Below are positions 1 to 10,808 of a stretch of DNA of 32,000 bases, piece by piece. The notes below the pieces were generated by a model. That model did no database searches, was not told the DNA's origin, and saw nothing but the letters and a program-made list of their open reading frames with translations. The DNA is taken from the NCBI RefSeq assembly GCF_000027325.1, contig NC_000908.2, forward strand, positions 240,001-272,000, in the 5' to 3' direction. How positions within the stretch are numbered: position 1 is the stretch's first letter; every line of letters begins with the position of its first letter. Source of the DNA: Mycoplasmoides genitalium G37. Lineage in GTDB: Bacteria; Bacillota_I; Bacilli_A; Mycoplasmatales; Mycoplasmoidaceae. A program made the position numbers and the translations under genes.

Positions 1-195
1 AGTTTAGCTAAGAGTGGTTTTGATGTAGCTTCATTGCAGCAAGAACTTGAGAAGATAGGTAACCTTAGTGGGGTTGATGATAACCTCAAGGGTTTTCTCT
101 CAGAACTGTTGAAAACCTCAAGGAATGGGTTTAGTAACCCCAATAAAGATGGCAAAAAAAATGATGACGATAATAACTCGTCATCAAAATCATAG
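1..195 (+). CDS. 3' end of an upstream protein-coding gene (partial, 64 codons, N/D/S/K-rich low-complexity C-terminus); function unknown
   Basis: Frame 1 is open from base 1 to TAG at 193-195 (...SELLKTSRNGFSNPNKDGKKNDDDNNSSSKS*). There is no start codon inside the window. Confidence 0.55.
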   Translation, partial: SLAKSGFDVASLQQELEKIGNLSGVDDNLKGFLSELLKTSRNGFSNPNKDGKKNDDDNNSSSKS

Positions 196-212
196 TTATA
201 TAAAACTTTAAG

Positions 213-286
213 TGGTGCCGAATAACAGAGTCGAACTGTTCTCTGATCCTTACCATGGATCTGTTTTGCCCCTAAACCAATTCGGC
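213..286 (-). tRNA. tRNA-Thr (anticodon GGU), CCA encoded
   Basis: The reverse complement folds as a cloverleaf of 74 nt: acceptor GCCGAAT/ATTCGGC, D arm GTTT-AGGGGCA-AAAC, anticodon arm GATCC-AT[GGT]AA-GGATC, T arm AACAG-TTCGACT-CTGTT, discriminator A plus CCA. Confidence 0.85.
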
Positions 287-322
287 AGCAAAGCTAATTT
301 CAATTTTAAATTCAAACTTTAG

Positions 323-2224
323 ATGAAAAGTAACTACAGTGCAACTAACATCAAGATCTTAAAGGGTTTGGATGCAGTTAAAAAGCGTCCGGGGATGTAC
401 ATTGGTTCTACTGATAGTAAGGGTCTGCACCACATGCTATGGGAAATTCTTGCTAACAGTGTTGATGAAGTTTTAGCTGGTTATGCAACCAATATTACTG
501 TTACTTTAGATCTCAACAACACCATTACTGTTAGTGATGATGGCAGGGGTATTCCCTATGAGATCCACCAAGACAGTAACATCTCTACGATCGATACAGT
601 TTTCACCTTTCTCCATGCAGGGGGGAAGTTTGATGATCAGTCATACAAACTAGCAGGGGGATTACATGGGGTTGGTGCATCAGTGGTCAATGCCTTAAGT
701 GATCATTTAGAAGTAACAGTGAAAAGAAATGGTCAGATCTACCAATCAGTTTATCAAGCTGGGGGTAAGATCATCCAAAAAGCCAAAAAGATTGGTGATA
801 CAACTAGCCATGGTACCACTGTTAGTTTCCATGCTGACCCTAAGGTCTTTAAAAAGGCTCAATTTGATAGCAACATTATTAAAAGCAGGTTAAAAGAGCT
901 AAGCTTTCTGTTTGCTAAACTAAAGCTCACTTTTACTGATCAAAAAACTAATAAAACCACTGTTTTTTTTAGTACCTCAGGACTAGTTCAGTTCCTTGAT
1001 GAAATTAATAATACTGTAGAAACACTTGGCCAAAAAACACTGATTAAAGGTGAGAAGGATGGGATTGAAGTGGAAGTGGTTTTCCAGTTTAACCAATCAG
1101 ATCAAGAGACAATCTTATCATTTGCTAACTCGATTAAAACCTTTGAAGGAGGGAGTCATGAAAATGGGTTTTGTCTTGCCATTAGTGATGTGATCAACAG
1201 CTATTGCAGAAAGTACAACTTACTAAAAGAAAAAGATAAAAACTTTCAACTTAGTGAGATCAGACAAGGGTTGAATGCTATTATCAAAGTTAACTTACCT
1301 GAAAAAAACATCGCTTTTGAAGGACAAACTAAGAGTAAGTTGTTTTCAAAGGAAGTGAAAAACGTTGTTTATGAATTGGTCCAACAACACTATTTCCAGT
1401 TTCTGGAAAGAAACAACAATGATGCTAAATTGATCATTGATAAACTACTCAATGCTAGAAAGATTAAAGAGCAAATCAAACAACAACGTGAGTTGAAAAA
1501 AAGTTTATCAAGTCCCCAAAAAGAGAAGATCTTATTTGGGAAGTTAGCACCTTGTCAAACCAAAAAAACCAGTGAAAAAGAGTTGTTTATTGTTGAAGGT
1601 GATAGTGCTGGTGGCACTGCTAAAATGGGCCGTGATAGAATTTTTCAAGCTATCTTACCTTTGCGCGGCAAGGTGTTAAATGTTGAAAAAATTAACAATA
1701 AGAAGGAAGCGATCACTAACGAAGAGATCCTCACTTTAATCTTTTGTATTGGTACAGGGATTTTAACTAACTTCAACATCAAGGACTTAAAGTACGGAAA
1801 GATCATCATTATGACTGATGCAGATAATGATGGCGCACACATCCAAATCCTCTTACTTACCTTCTTTTATAGGTACATGCAACCCTTAATTGAACTGGGC
1901 CATGTCTATCTAGCTCTTCCTCCTTTATATAAACTGGAAACCAAAGATAGAAAAACAGTTAAATACCTCTGGAGTGATTTGGAGTTGGAATCAGTCAAAC
2001 TAAAGCTTAATAACTTCACTTTACAACGATACAAAGGACTTGGAGAGATGAATGCTGATCAGTTGTGAGATACTACTATGAATCCAACTACCAGAAAGCT
2101 AGTGCAAGTAAAGCTTGATGATCTAATTAACGCTGAAAAGCAAATCAACATCTTTATGGGTGAAAAGAGTGATTTGCGCAAACACTGGATTGAAGCCAAC
2201 ATTAACTTTAGTGTGGAAAACTAA
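323..2224 (+). CDS. parE: DNA topoisomerase IV subunit B (type IIA topoisomerase ATPase/Toprim subunit), 633 aa
   Basis: ATG at 323. Motifs seen: [61 protein letters not shown]. The track ORF stops at TGA 2066-2068; reading it as Trp extends the frame to TAA 2222-2224 (..[17 protein letters not shown]..). The parE rather than gyrB call rests on pairing with a GyrA-box-less A subunit and on recalled gene order. Confidence 0.9.
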
Positions 2225-4569
2225 TGGATCAAAAAAACAACAACCTCTTTCAAAAGGCAATTGAAGAAGTCTTTGCAGTTAGCTTTAGTAAGTATGCTAA
2301 ATACATCATCCAAGATAGAGCTTTACCTGATCTAAGAGATGGGTTAAAACCAGTACAAAGACGGATCTTATATGGGATGTTTCAAATGGGCTTAAAACCC
2401 ACCACTCCCTATAAAAAATCAGCCCGTGCTGTTGGGGAGATCATGGGGAAATACCACCCCCATGGTGATAGTTCCATTTATGATGCAATTATCAGAATGT
2501 CCCAAAGCTGAAAGAACAACTGAACAACTGTTTCTATCCATGGTAACAATGGTTCAGTGGATGGGGATAATGCTGCAGCAATGCGTTACACAGAAACCCG
2601 CTTAAGCTTGTATGGATTTGAACTATTAAAAGACATTGATAAAAAGTTAGTTAGTTTTATCAATAACTTTGATGATAGTGAAAAAGAACCAACGGTTTTA
2701 CCAACCTTACTGCCTAACCTCTTTATCAATGGTGCGAGTGGGATAGCTGCTGGATATGCAACTAATATTGCTCCCCATAACACTAATGAACTATTAGATA
2801 GTCTTTGCTTGCGAATAGACCAACCTAATTGTGAACTTAAACAAATTTTAAAAATTGTTAAAGGTCCTGATTTTCCAACAGGGGGTAATGTTTATTTTGA
2901 AAAGAGTTTAAGTGATATTTATCAAGCAGGCAAAGGTAAATTTATTATCCAAGCTAAGTATGAAGTTAACAAGAACTTAAACCAGATTGAAATTACCCAA
3001 ATCCCTTATGAAACACTGAAAGCTAACATTGTCAAACAAATTGAAGAGATTATCTTTGACAATAAACTATCTGCTATTGAAAGTGTCATTGATAGTTCAG
3101 ATCGCAACGGCATTAGGATCATTATTAAACACAAGGACTTTTTGCCTGCTGAGAAGATCATGGCCTTTTTGTTTAAACACACCCAACTCCAAGTGAACTT
3201 TAACCTTAATAACACCGTGATTGCTAACCGCTTTCCCATCCAAATTGGTTTACTAAGTTACCTCGATCATTTTTTAAAGTTTTGTCATGAACTAATTATT
3301 AATAAAGCTAAGTATGAACTTGAGCTTGCAAGCAAGCGCTTGGAAATTATTTTAGGACTAATTAAAGCGATTAGTATCATTGATAAAATCATCAAATTAA
3401 TTAGATCAGCAGTTGACAAAAGTGATGCAAGAGAAAAGTTAATTGATAACTTTAAATTTACTTTTAACCAAGCAGAGGCAATTGTTAGTTTGCGACTTTA
3501 CCAACTAACTAACACTGATATTTTTGAACTTAACCAAGAACAAAATGAACTTGAAAAAACTGTGATTAGTTCAGAGCAACTAATTGCTAGTGAAAAAGCA
3601 AGAAACAAACTCCTAAAAAAACAGTTTGAAGGTTATAAAAAGCAGTTTCACCAGCAACGAAGGTCACAAATATGTGGCTTTATTAACCAAAAAAAGGTGG
3701 AGGAAAGTGAGCTAATTGAAAACAAAACTTATGGGGTTTTAATCACTAAAGCTGGTAACTACCATAAGTTTGAATCTAACCAACTATTAAAAAGCACCAC
3801 TGATTTTAAAAGTGAGAGTGACACAATTATCTTTGCACAAACTATTGCTAATACCGACCAAATTTTTATTGTCACTTCACTAGGTAACATTATTAATATC
3901 CCTGTTTATAAATTAGCTTTCAATTCCAAAAATAAACTAGCAAGTTTAGTTAGTAAAAAACCAATCCTTTTGGAGTATGAAACGATTGTTTTTGTTGGAA
4001 CAATGAACAGTGTAAACCAACCAATCCTTGTTTTAACTTCCAAACTAGGAATGGTTAAACGGATTGATTTAACCAAACTTAACATTAAGCCACTTAAAGC
4101 TACTTTGTGTATCTCACTCCGTGATAAAGACCATTTAGTAAGTGCATTTTTACAACAAGATGATAAACTGATCTGTTTAGTGTCTGATCACAACTATTAC
4201 ACTGTTTTTCACACCAATGAGATCCCATTAATTAGTAGTAAGGGGATGGGAGTGAAGGGGATGAAGTTAAAACTAGAGGATCAAATTAAGTTTGTTGTTG
4301 CTTTTGAAGCTAATGAACCGTTAGTGATGATATGTAGTGATGGTAGTGTCATTAACTTAAAACAAACTGAACTAGTTGTAGTTAGCAGGATGGCAACTGC
4401 AAAAAAACTGCCTGTTAAGAAAGCAATTAACTATTGTTTTAGTGATGCAACTAACACCCAGTTAATTAATTTTCAGGGTAAGAACGGTAGTAAATTAATT
4501 ACAACTAGTGAACTGAACCAGATGAGTAAAACTGCAATTAGTCAAACCAGGTTTAACAAACTTAATTAG
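2224..4569 (+). CDS. parC: DNA topoisomerase IV subunit A, 781 aa
   Basis: The ATG at 2224 overlaps the parE stop (TAATG). The conserved block [34 protein letters not shown] (catalytic Tyr) is continuous only if the TGAs at 2509-2511 and 2521-2523 are read as Trp, which joins track ORFs 2224..2511 and 2557..4569 (same frame). I see no GyrA-box (QxRGGxG) in the C-terminal domain. Confidence 0.9.
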
Positions 4570-5597
4570 GTTTGGTTGTGGATCTTTTTATCATATTTTT
4601 CTATCTCTTCTTTTAGAGTAGTTAATAAGGCTTTAATCTTTTGGTAGTCCATTCTGGTTGGTCCTACTATAGCAAGTTGGTGCTTGGCTTCACTGGTGGT
4701 ATTGATTAAAGTAGAAGCAACTGATATCTCTTTAAAACCCAATTGATCACCAAAGACAATGTTGGTCTTTTGGTTGGTTTGGTTTATGAATGCCATCTGT
4801 TGTCAAACACTAGTATCTTCAAGCAGATTTAAGATTTTAGTGAGTTTCTCTTGGTTAGCAAACTCGGGTTGTTTAGCAAGGTATTGGATCCCATAGATCT
4901 TTTTATTTGCCTCAATTTGATCTAAATCAAATAACTTAAATAAGATCTCATCAATTACATACTGATACTCATGAACCTTGGTTCTAATGATCTCTTTTAA
5001 AACTTCTAGTTGGTTGTTAATCTCTGAAAAGCGGGTATCAATGATGCGATCATTAAAGATCCTTACACAAATAACAATGTCTTCAAACTGCCTTTGGTTA
5101 GCATAGCTAATGGTTTTTTTAAAGACTTTACCACTAGCGGAGACCAATAAAAATAAGGCAAATGACTTATCAAGGATGATCAGATCAATCTTTTTTAAAA
5201 CTTCATCACTACTAAAGTTAGTTAACACTACTGGTAGGTTAATGATCTCATTGATAAACTTAACCCCAAGTTCAATCACCTCATCAATCGTTTTGTGTTG
5301 CTGGAGAATAACACTTCTTAAGCGGGTTTTCAGATCGTTAGTGGTGTTACTAACATTTAACACTTTGACATAATACTGATAACCAATTTGGGAAGGAACA
5401 CGGCCTGAAGAGATGTGGTTTTTCTTTAAGAACCCTTTTTTCTCTAAAGCTGCCATCTCATTTCGTAATGTTCCCCCAGAGAGGTTTTTAAAATATTTTT
5501 TGGTTAGTAATTTACTGCCAACAGGGATAGCATAAGCAATGTATTCATTGATAATTGCTTTGAGAATTTGGGCTTGCCGTGGCGTTAAATTCTTCAT
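4566..5597 (-). CDS. hrcA: Heat-inducible transcription repressor HrcA, 343 aa
   Basis: N-terminus is [31 protein letters not shown] (HrcA winged-helix signature). Track ORFs 4803..5597 and 4566..4796 are in one frame, joined through a TGA (reverse complement of 4803-4805). The TAA stop is the reverse complement of 4566-4568. Confidence 0.9.
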
Positions 5598-5632
5598 TAG
5601 TTATCTAATTTTATCTTTTAACAATAACCAGC

Positions 5633-7426
5633 TTGACCACTAATCTAAAACAAAAGTTAAAAACTGCACCTAAAAAACCGGGGTGTTATTTGTGAAAAGA
5701 TAGTAACGGTAAAGTTTTATATGTTGGTAAAGCTAGTAATATTTTCAACAGGGTCCACCAGTATTTTCAAAAGAATAATCCTTATAAAACCCAGCTATTA
5801 TCAAGCCAAATTAGTGATGTTGATTTTTTCATTCTCAAAGATGAAAATGATGCTTTAAATCTGGAAGCAAAGCTCATTAATCAATATCAACCCCGCTTTA
5901 ACTTAGTTTTAAAACAAAACAATGGTTATCTTTATTTTTATATCACTAAAGCCAAAAAACCTACCTTGGAATTAGCCAGAAAATACCAGATTAAAACCAC
6001 TAAGTGCTTTGGACCGTTTGCTTCAAGTAAGTTTAAGTTACGTGAGATCCATGACCTACTTTTAAAACTCTTTCCTTTAAGAAAGTGTGCACCTCACCAA
6101 AAAAACCACCCGTGCTTTTATTTTCAGATGGGTTTATGTATGGGGCAATGTATGCAAACTGATACTAAGGAAAAATACCAACAGGTAATTAGTAACATTG
6201 AACAGTTTTTTAATGACCCTAGTGTGGTAATTAACTATTTAAAAGCTGCAGAAAAAAAGGCAAGTGATAATCAGGAATTTGAAAAGGCCCAGCAGTTTCT
6301 AACACTGCAAAAAGCAGTTTTAGAGTTAACAAAAACCCACCATACCACTATCATTAAACAAAAATCAAGCCATGATTTTATTGGGTATGTCTTTCAAAAT
6401 AACGTTTTGGCCATTACCATTTTTTGTTATGAAAAAGGGGAGTTAACTGATAAAGAACAAGCAGTGTTTACCCTAGAGCAAACTGACATTGTGGAAGTTG
6501 AAAGTGCTATTATCACCTTTATCTACCACCACTATAAAACTACCCCACTTCCAAGTAAGATTACTGTTTCACTTGATGAAACTAACCTAAAACTTATTAG
6601 TGATAGCTTAAAAATTGGTGTTTTTAAGCCCAAGAATGGTAATGAAAAACTGATCTTACAAACTGTTATTGATAATGCCAAACATGCACTTGCAACCAAG
6701 TGGTTGAAGTTTACTAGTAACTATGATAAAACCCAGCTCCACAAGGATTTAGCACAACTTCTAAATACTGATTATATCCATAGTCTTGAGATTATTGATG
6801 TGTCATTCTATGATCAAAACCATGTTGTTGGTTGCATGTTAAGGTTTGAAGATGGTAAAAAGATCAAACACTTATCAAGAAGATACAACATTAACAGTTT
6901 AAAAAAAGGTGATACTAACCACATTGCTTTACTTGTTTACAGAAGGATCTTAAGTGCGATGCAAACCAAAGCTAACCTCCCTTTTAGTGATCTTTTAATT
7001 ATTGATGGTGGTAAAGCACAAATTAAAAGTGTTAAGCAAGTTTTTAGTCTCTTCAGTAATGTTAAACCACCCATTATCATTGGACTAGTTAAAAACAAAA
7101 ACCACCAAACTGATCACATTATGTTATCTGATTTCCAAGTTAAAAAGATAGCAATTAACTCCCCACTCTTTCACTATTTAGCAACAATCCAAACTGAAGT
7201 TGATGGTTTTGCTAAAAGAAGTGCTTTTAATAAGTTAAGTAACCACCAACTGCAAAACCCGTTGCTACAAATCCCAGGAGTTGGCAAGATAACTGCCCAA
7301 ATTCTCTTTGATAACTTTCAAACGCTCAATAACATAAAATTAGCTTCAGTTAATGAGTTAAGCCAGTTTATTAAAAAACCATTAGCACAAAAGATTAAAA
7401 CTTACTTTGCAAAACAAACTGATTAA
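5633..7426 (+). CDS. uvrC: Excinuclease ABC subunit C (UvrC), about 597 aa
   Basis: The GIY-YIG N-terminus ([33 protein letters not shown]) lies upstream of track ORF 5966..7426 in the same frame and is recovered by reading TGA 5693-5695 as Trp. The frame opens after TAA 5606-5608. The first plausible start is TTG 5633 and there is no ATG, so the start is uncertain. The C-terminal helix-hairpin-helix (LLQIPGVGKITAQIL) is present. Confidence 0.85.
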
Positions 7427-7910
7427 GGTTTTGGTAATTGCTGATACCCATGGTCAAAACCAGAGGTGGATTGAACTGAAAAACTACCATAACCCTGATG
7501 TGATTATCCATGCAGGAGATCACATGACCACTAAACAATTCATGGATCAAAATGCTACTTTTTGAGTGGCAGGTAACAACGATTCAATTGGCAATGAAAT
7601 TGAAATTTTCCAGTTAGGGCAAATTAACTTTGTGTTAATGCATGGTCACCAAGCACCAAGAGATAACCTGAAAAAGTGGTACCAATTATTAGTTTTAAAA
7701 GCACAACAATACCCTTGTGATGTTTTAATCTTTGGTCATAGTCACATTGAATATACCAACAAAATTAATATGATCCAGTTAATCAACCCTGGTTCTCTAC
7801 AACTACCAAGAAACCAAACCAACACCCCTTCATACTGTACCTTTATTGTCAATAAAGACGAGCTAACTGATCTAACTATCCACTATTACCAAGCTTCAAA
7901 AGTTAGTTAA
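7407..7910 (+). CDS. Small metallophosphoesterase (YfcE/MJ0936-like calcineurin-fold phosphoesterase), about 160-167 aa
   Basis: Motifs KVLVIADTHG, HAGD, VAGNND, MHGH and GHSH are in one frame once TGA 7563-7565 is read as Trp, extending track ORF 7566..7910 upstream. No ATG is available. Candidate starts are TTG 7407, CTG 7419, ATT 7422 and TTG 7431. The frame opens after TAG 7383-7385. Confidence 0.75.
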
Positions 7911-8493
7911 CAGGATCTTTTAGATAGATAGGTTGTAAGGTTAGAGGATCTTCGATTCTTTCAAAGTGATCGATGTTGCTTAATAACAGCTTGCTATAAC
8001 TCTCAATGTTTTCAAAGTTTTCATACATAGGAAGTTCATTGTTTGCCTTACATAACTTCACAAAATCAGCTTTACTAATTAGCTTTATTTCACTAGTAGT
8101 TTGGCTGTATAGTCCACAATAGTTCTGATCATTACCACAACTAATCTTGCTAATCCCATGTTCATATGGGATTTGAAAGCGGAGTGAATTTAAAGCATAA
8201 AGTTCACAACTGGGATACAATAAACACCAGCTTTTAGCAATGATAGTTGCTATCCTCTGACCGGTGAAACTACCAGGGCCAATTGTGACATAAAACTGTT
8301 TAATACTGCTTTTTTTCAACTTGTTTTTTGTTAACATTGTCTCCAGATAATAAACAGCAAGTTCAGTTAAGTTCTGTTCAACACCAATGGACAACTCATC
8401 AACCACTGCATTGGTTTTCATCTCTAAAATAATGATGTTAAGGGTTTTATAAGCACAGTCTAAAAACAGCTTATACTTACTTAAAAAGAACAT
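7903..8493 (-). CDS. tsaB: tRNA t6A37 threonylcarbamoyl-transfer protein TsaB (YeaZ family), 196 aa
   Basis: Track ORF with a YeaZ-like layout: LFLDCAYKTLNIIIL (equivalent to the IDTS..L.VAL start) and the TIGPGSFTGQRIA motif. Confidence 0.75.
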   Translation of the reverse strand: MFFLSKYKLFLDCAYKTLNIIILEMKTNAVVDELSIGVEQNLTELAVYYLETMLTKNKLKKSSIKQFYVTIGPGSFTGQRIATIIAKSWCLLYPSCELYALNSLRFQIPYEHGISKISCGNDQNYCGLYSQTTSEIKLISKADFVKLCKANNELPMYENFENIESYSKLLLSNIDHFERIEDPLTLQPIYLKDPVN

Positions 8494-9403
8494 GGAGTGG
8501 ATCGGTTAAAGATAAGTTTAAACTCTTAAGTTTCGTTGAAAACTTAGGTTCAAGTGGGGCGTGAAAGTCCATAGGTTTGTTTAAAGTGGGATGGATAAAA
8601 CAGATCCTGTTTGCATGGAGAAACTGACCATAGCTATCTTTCTTTTCACTTTTAATTCCATACAGTGGATCATTATAAACTGGATGTTGGATAAATTTCA
8701 GATGCACTCTAATTTGGTGGGTTCTACCTGTTAACAATTCCAAGCTAATTAGTGCTGCTTTTTCATTCTGATTAATCACTTTAAACTTAGTTATTGCTTG
8801 CTTTGCTTTAGCAGTTTGGGCTATTTTAAACATTACCTTGTTGTTATTAACCCTTGCTAAAGGTGCATTAATTGAACCAGTTAAGGCATTAAAAGGGAAG
8901 TGGACTAGTGCTACATAATAACGTTTTAAGGTGCGATTTTGCAGTTGATTTTGCAAATTTAATAAGCTTGCTTGGTTTTTACAGACAACAATTGCCCCAC
9001 TAGTATCACGGTCCAATCTGTGCACTAAGTAAACAGGGTTTTTGTTGTTGTGAAAGATACAAGCAGCTAACAAGCTGGCTTTTTCATTGAAAGTGGTGGG
9101 ATGGGTTAACAAACCTGATGGTTTGTTAATAACCATCAAATCCTTGTCTTCAAAAAGAACCTCAAGCTTTAAGTTATAAGGTTCAACACTAGTAATGAAA
9201 TCACTAGTTGTCTCATCATGAATCTCAACTTTAATTACATCATCTTTTGCAACTATTAAACTGTTTTTAAAAGTTAGTTTTTCATTAACTTTAATCTGTC
9301 CATTCATGATCAGCTTCACTACCTTTACTCTTGAAAGGTTCAGTAAGCTAGCTAAAAGACTATCTAAGCGTTTGGTAGTTGTAACAACAAAACACTGTTT
9401 CAT
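8477..9403 (-). CDS. rluD: 23S rRNA pseudouridine synthase, RluD/RluA family with N-terminal S4 domain, 308 aa
   Basis: S4-like segment RLDSLLASLLNLSRVKVVKLIMNGQIKVN, catalytic VHRLDRDTSGAIVV, and GRTHQIRVHL. The ATG (reverse complement of 9401-9403) overlaps the lspA stop. Confidence 0.85.
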   Translation of the reverse strand: MKQCFVVTTTKRLDSLLASLLNLSRVKVVKLIMNGQIKVNEKLTFKNSLIVAKDDVIKVEIHDETTSDFITSVEPYNLKLEVLFEDKDLMVINKPSGLLTHPTTFNEKASLLAACIFHNNKNPVYLVHRLDRDTSGAIVVCKNQASLLNLQNQLQNRTLKRYYVALVHFPFNALTGSINAPLARVNNNKVMFKIAQTAKAKQAITKFKVINQNEKAALISLELLTGRTHQIRVHLKFIQHPVYNDPLYGIKSEKKDSYGQFLHANRICFIHPTLNKPMDFHAPLEPKFSTKLKSLNLSLTDPLHVLFK

Positions 9404-9948
9404 TACTGGTTTTTGGAATGTTTAAACTCTTTGAACATCTGGATTAAAAAACAAAAGAATAAACCTATAAAACCAAAGGTAATACAACAATCAGCAAAGT
9501 TAAATACTGAACTACCATTCTGAAAGATAAAGTAATCTAACACTGAATCATTAGCTGAAGTTAAACGATCAAAGAAGTTTCCAAGTGAACCAAATGCTAA
9601 AGTTGTAATTCAAAAGATGTAACTATATTTCACCATAAAAACAAGAAAAACTAACGCAATTACTGATAATAATCCCTGGAGAAAGTAAACTAAGCCAGTT
9701 TGGTTTTGTAATAAGCTAAACCCTACCCCTTTGTTTCTAATCACATAGATATTAATAAAACCACTATTTGCTACCATGGTGTTATCCATCTCACCATTTA
9801 ACGCATTTCTTAATATGAAAACTTGCAGTAAGATAATAAAGCCAACAAACCCAATCATTGTCAGTTTATAGAATAAAAATGGTTTTTGGTTTGCAGTTAA
9901 AACCTGGTGTTTAAGTTGTGAAAAAAACTTGGTTTTTCTTAATTTCAT
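9403..9948 (-). CDS. lspA: Lipoprotein signal peptidase (signal peptidase II), 181 aa
   Basis: Track ORF 9610..9948 ends at a TGA (reverse complement of 9610-9612). Reading through gives ..YSYIFWITTLAFGSLGNFFDRLTSANDSVLDYFIFQNGSSVFNFADCCITFG.. ending at TAA (reverse complement of 9403-9405). Signature blocks NKG.GFS, GN..DR and FN.AD are present, with several hydrophobic spans. Confidence 0.85.
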
Positions 9949-10109
9949 CTACTTGTATATTCAGTTAAAATTCACTAATTAACTAACAAAAATTATTAAG
10001 GAGTATTAACACTTTTTTACTAGTTTTTAAACTAACTTTTTTAAGTGTAATCCTAGTTTAATTTCTGGTAGTTTTCTTTACTAATAGCTACTTGTAAAAA
10101 ATTAAAAGT

Positions 10110-10115
10110 TAGAAT
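10110..10115 (+). promoter_or_regulatory. Candidate -10 box TAGAAT for the plus-strand rpsU-containing gene string
   Basis: TAGAAT lies inside the 16-mer AAGTTAGAATTAATGG in the 200-bp AT-rich divergent intergenic region, about 34 nt upstream of the first usable start (TTG 10149). Confidence 0.4.
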
Positions 10116-10148
10116 TAATGGCACTATTTAGTATATAGATATCAGGCT

Positions 10149-10808
10149 TTGGGGAAAACAAAAAACAAATCAGACTGACAGATCTTTCTAGAAGATTACC
10201 GTTTTTATTTTGAAACAGATTTTGATTGGGTTACATACCTGAACAACTGTTTAAACAGCTATCCTGATTTTGACATCATCAAGTTCATTAAGAAGTATGG
10301 CCCTGAGTGTGAAAAGAGCTTTCTAAGCTGACAGAGCAAAGCTAAGAGTGATGTTTACAGTGAACTGACTAACAAGATTAAAAAACAACAGTTCTCAGAA
10401 CAGTTAATTTACCAGCTAGTCCAACTTGATGCTTTACGAACTAACTATTTAATTGGTTCGTTGTTTTCAGATAACAAAACCCAGCGCAAACTCCTGAAGC
10501 GTTCTTGAAAAAATGCTAAGAAAGAAGGTTATACAAAACAAGAATGGTTGATGATCTTAGTTGGTTTACCCTTTGAAAAAGGTGCTTATCATAAGCAGTT
10601 ATATGACCATTCACGTCAGGAGATCTTAGATCTTACTGAAGTTATTAAAAAGCTTTATCTAAAAACAGAGACCAACAACGATAAGCTTGAGTTTGCTGCA
10701 ACTACTAGTAAAACAACAGCGCAGCTAACTAAAACTATGCCCTTAAACAGTAGTGATCTTGATAAGGATCTAATGGAGTTTAGTGGTGAGAAGTGAGGTG
10801 ATAATTAG
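10149..10808 (+). CDS. Conserved-looking hypothetical protein, about 219 aa, function unknown
   Basis: One frame is open from 10119 to TAG 10806-10808 once four in-frame TGAs (10176, 10329, 10506, 10794) are read as Trp. The track shows only the last 82 aa (10548..10796). There is no in-frame ATG before 10551, and TTG 10149 is the first conventional alternative start. The stop overlaps the rpsU GTG (TAGTG). Confidence 0.6.

Noticed and set aside
323-4569. Possibility that the type IIA topoisomerase pair is gyrB-gyrA rather than parE-parC
   Set aside because: I see no GyrA-box (QxRGGxG) in the A-subunit C-terminal domain. The B subunit is short (633 aa), and the recalled M. genitalium gene order places gyrBA near the origin instead. 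A phylogenetic placement would settle it.
1645-5373. Short internal or antisense ORFs 1645..1842 (-), 2586..2783 (-), 3006..3239 (-) and 5110..5373 (+)
   Set aside because: Each lies wholly inside a well-supported conserved gene (parE, parC or hrcA) on the opposite strand, and their composition is typical of antisense frames.
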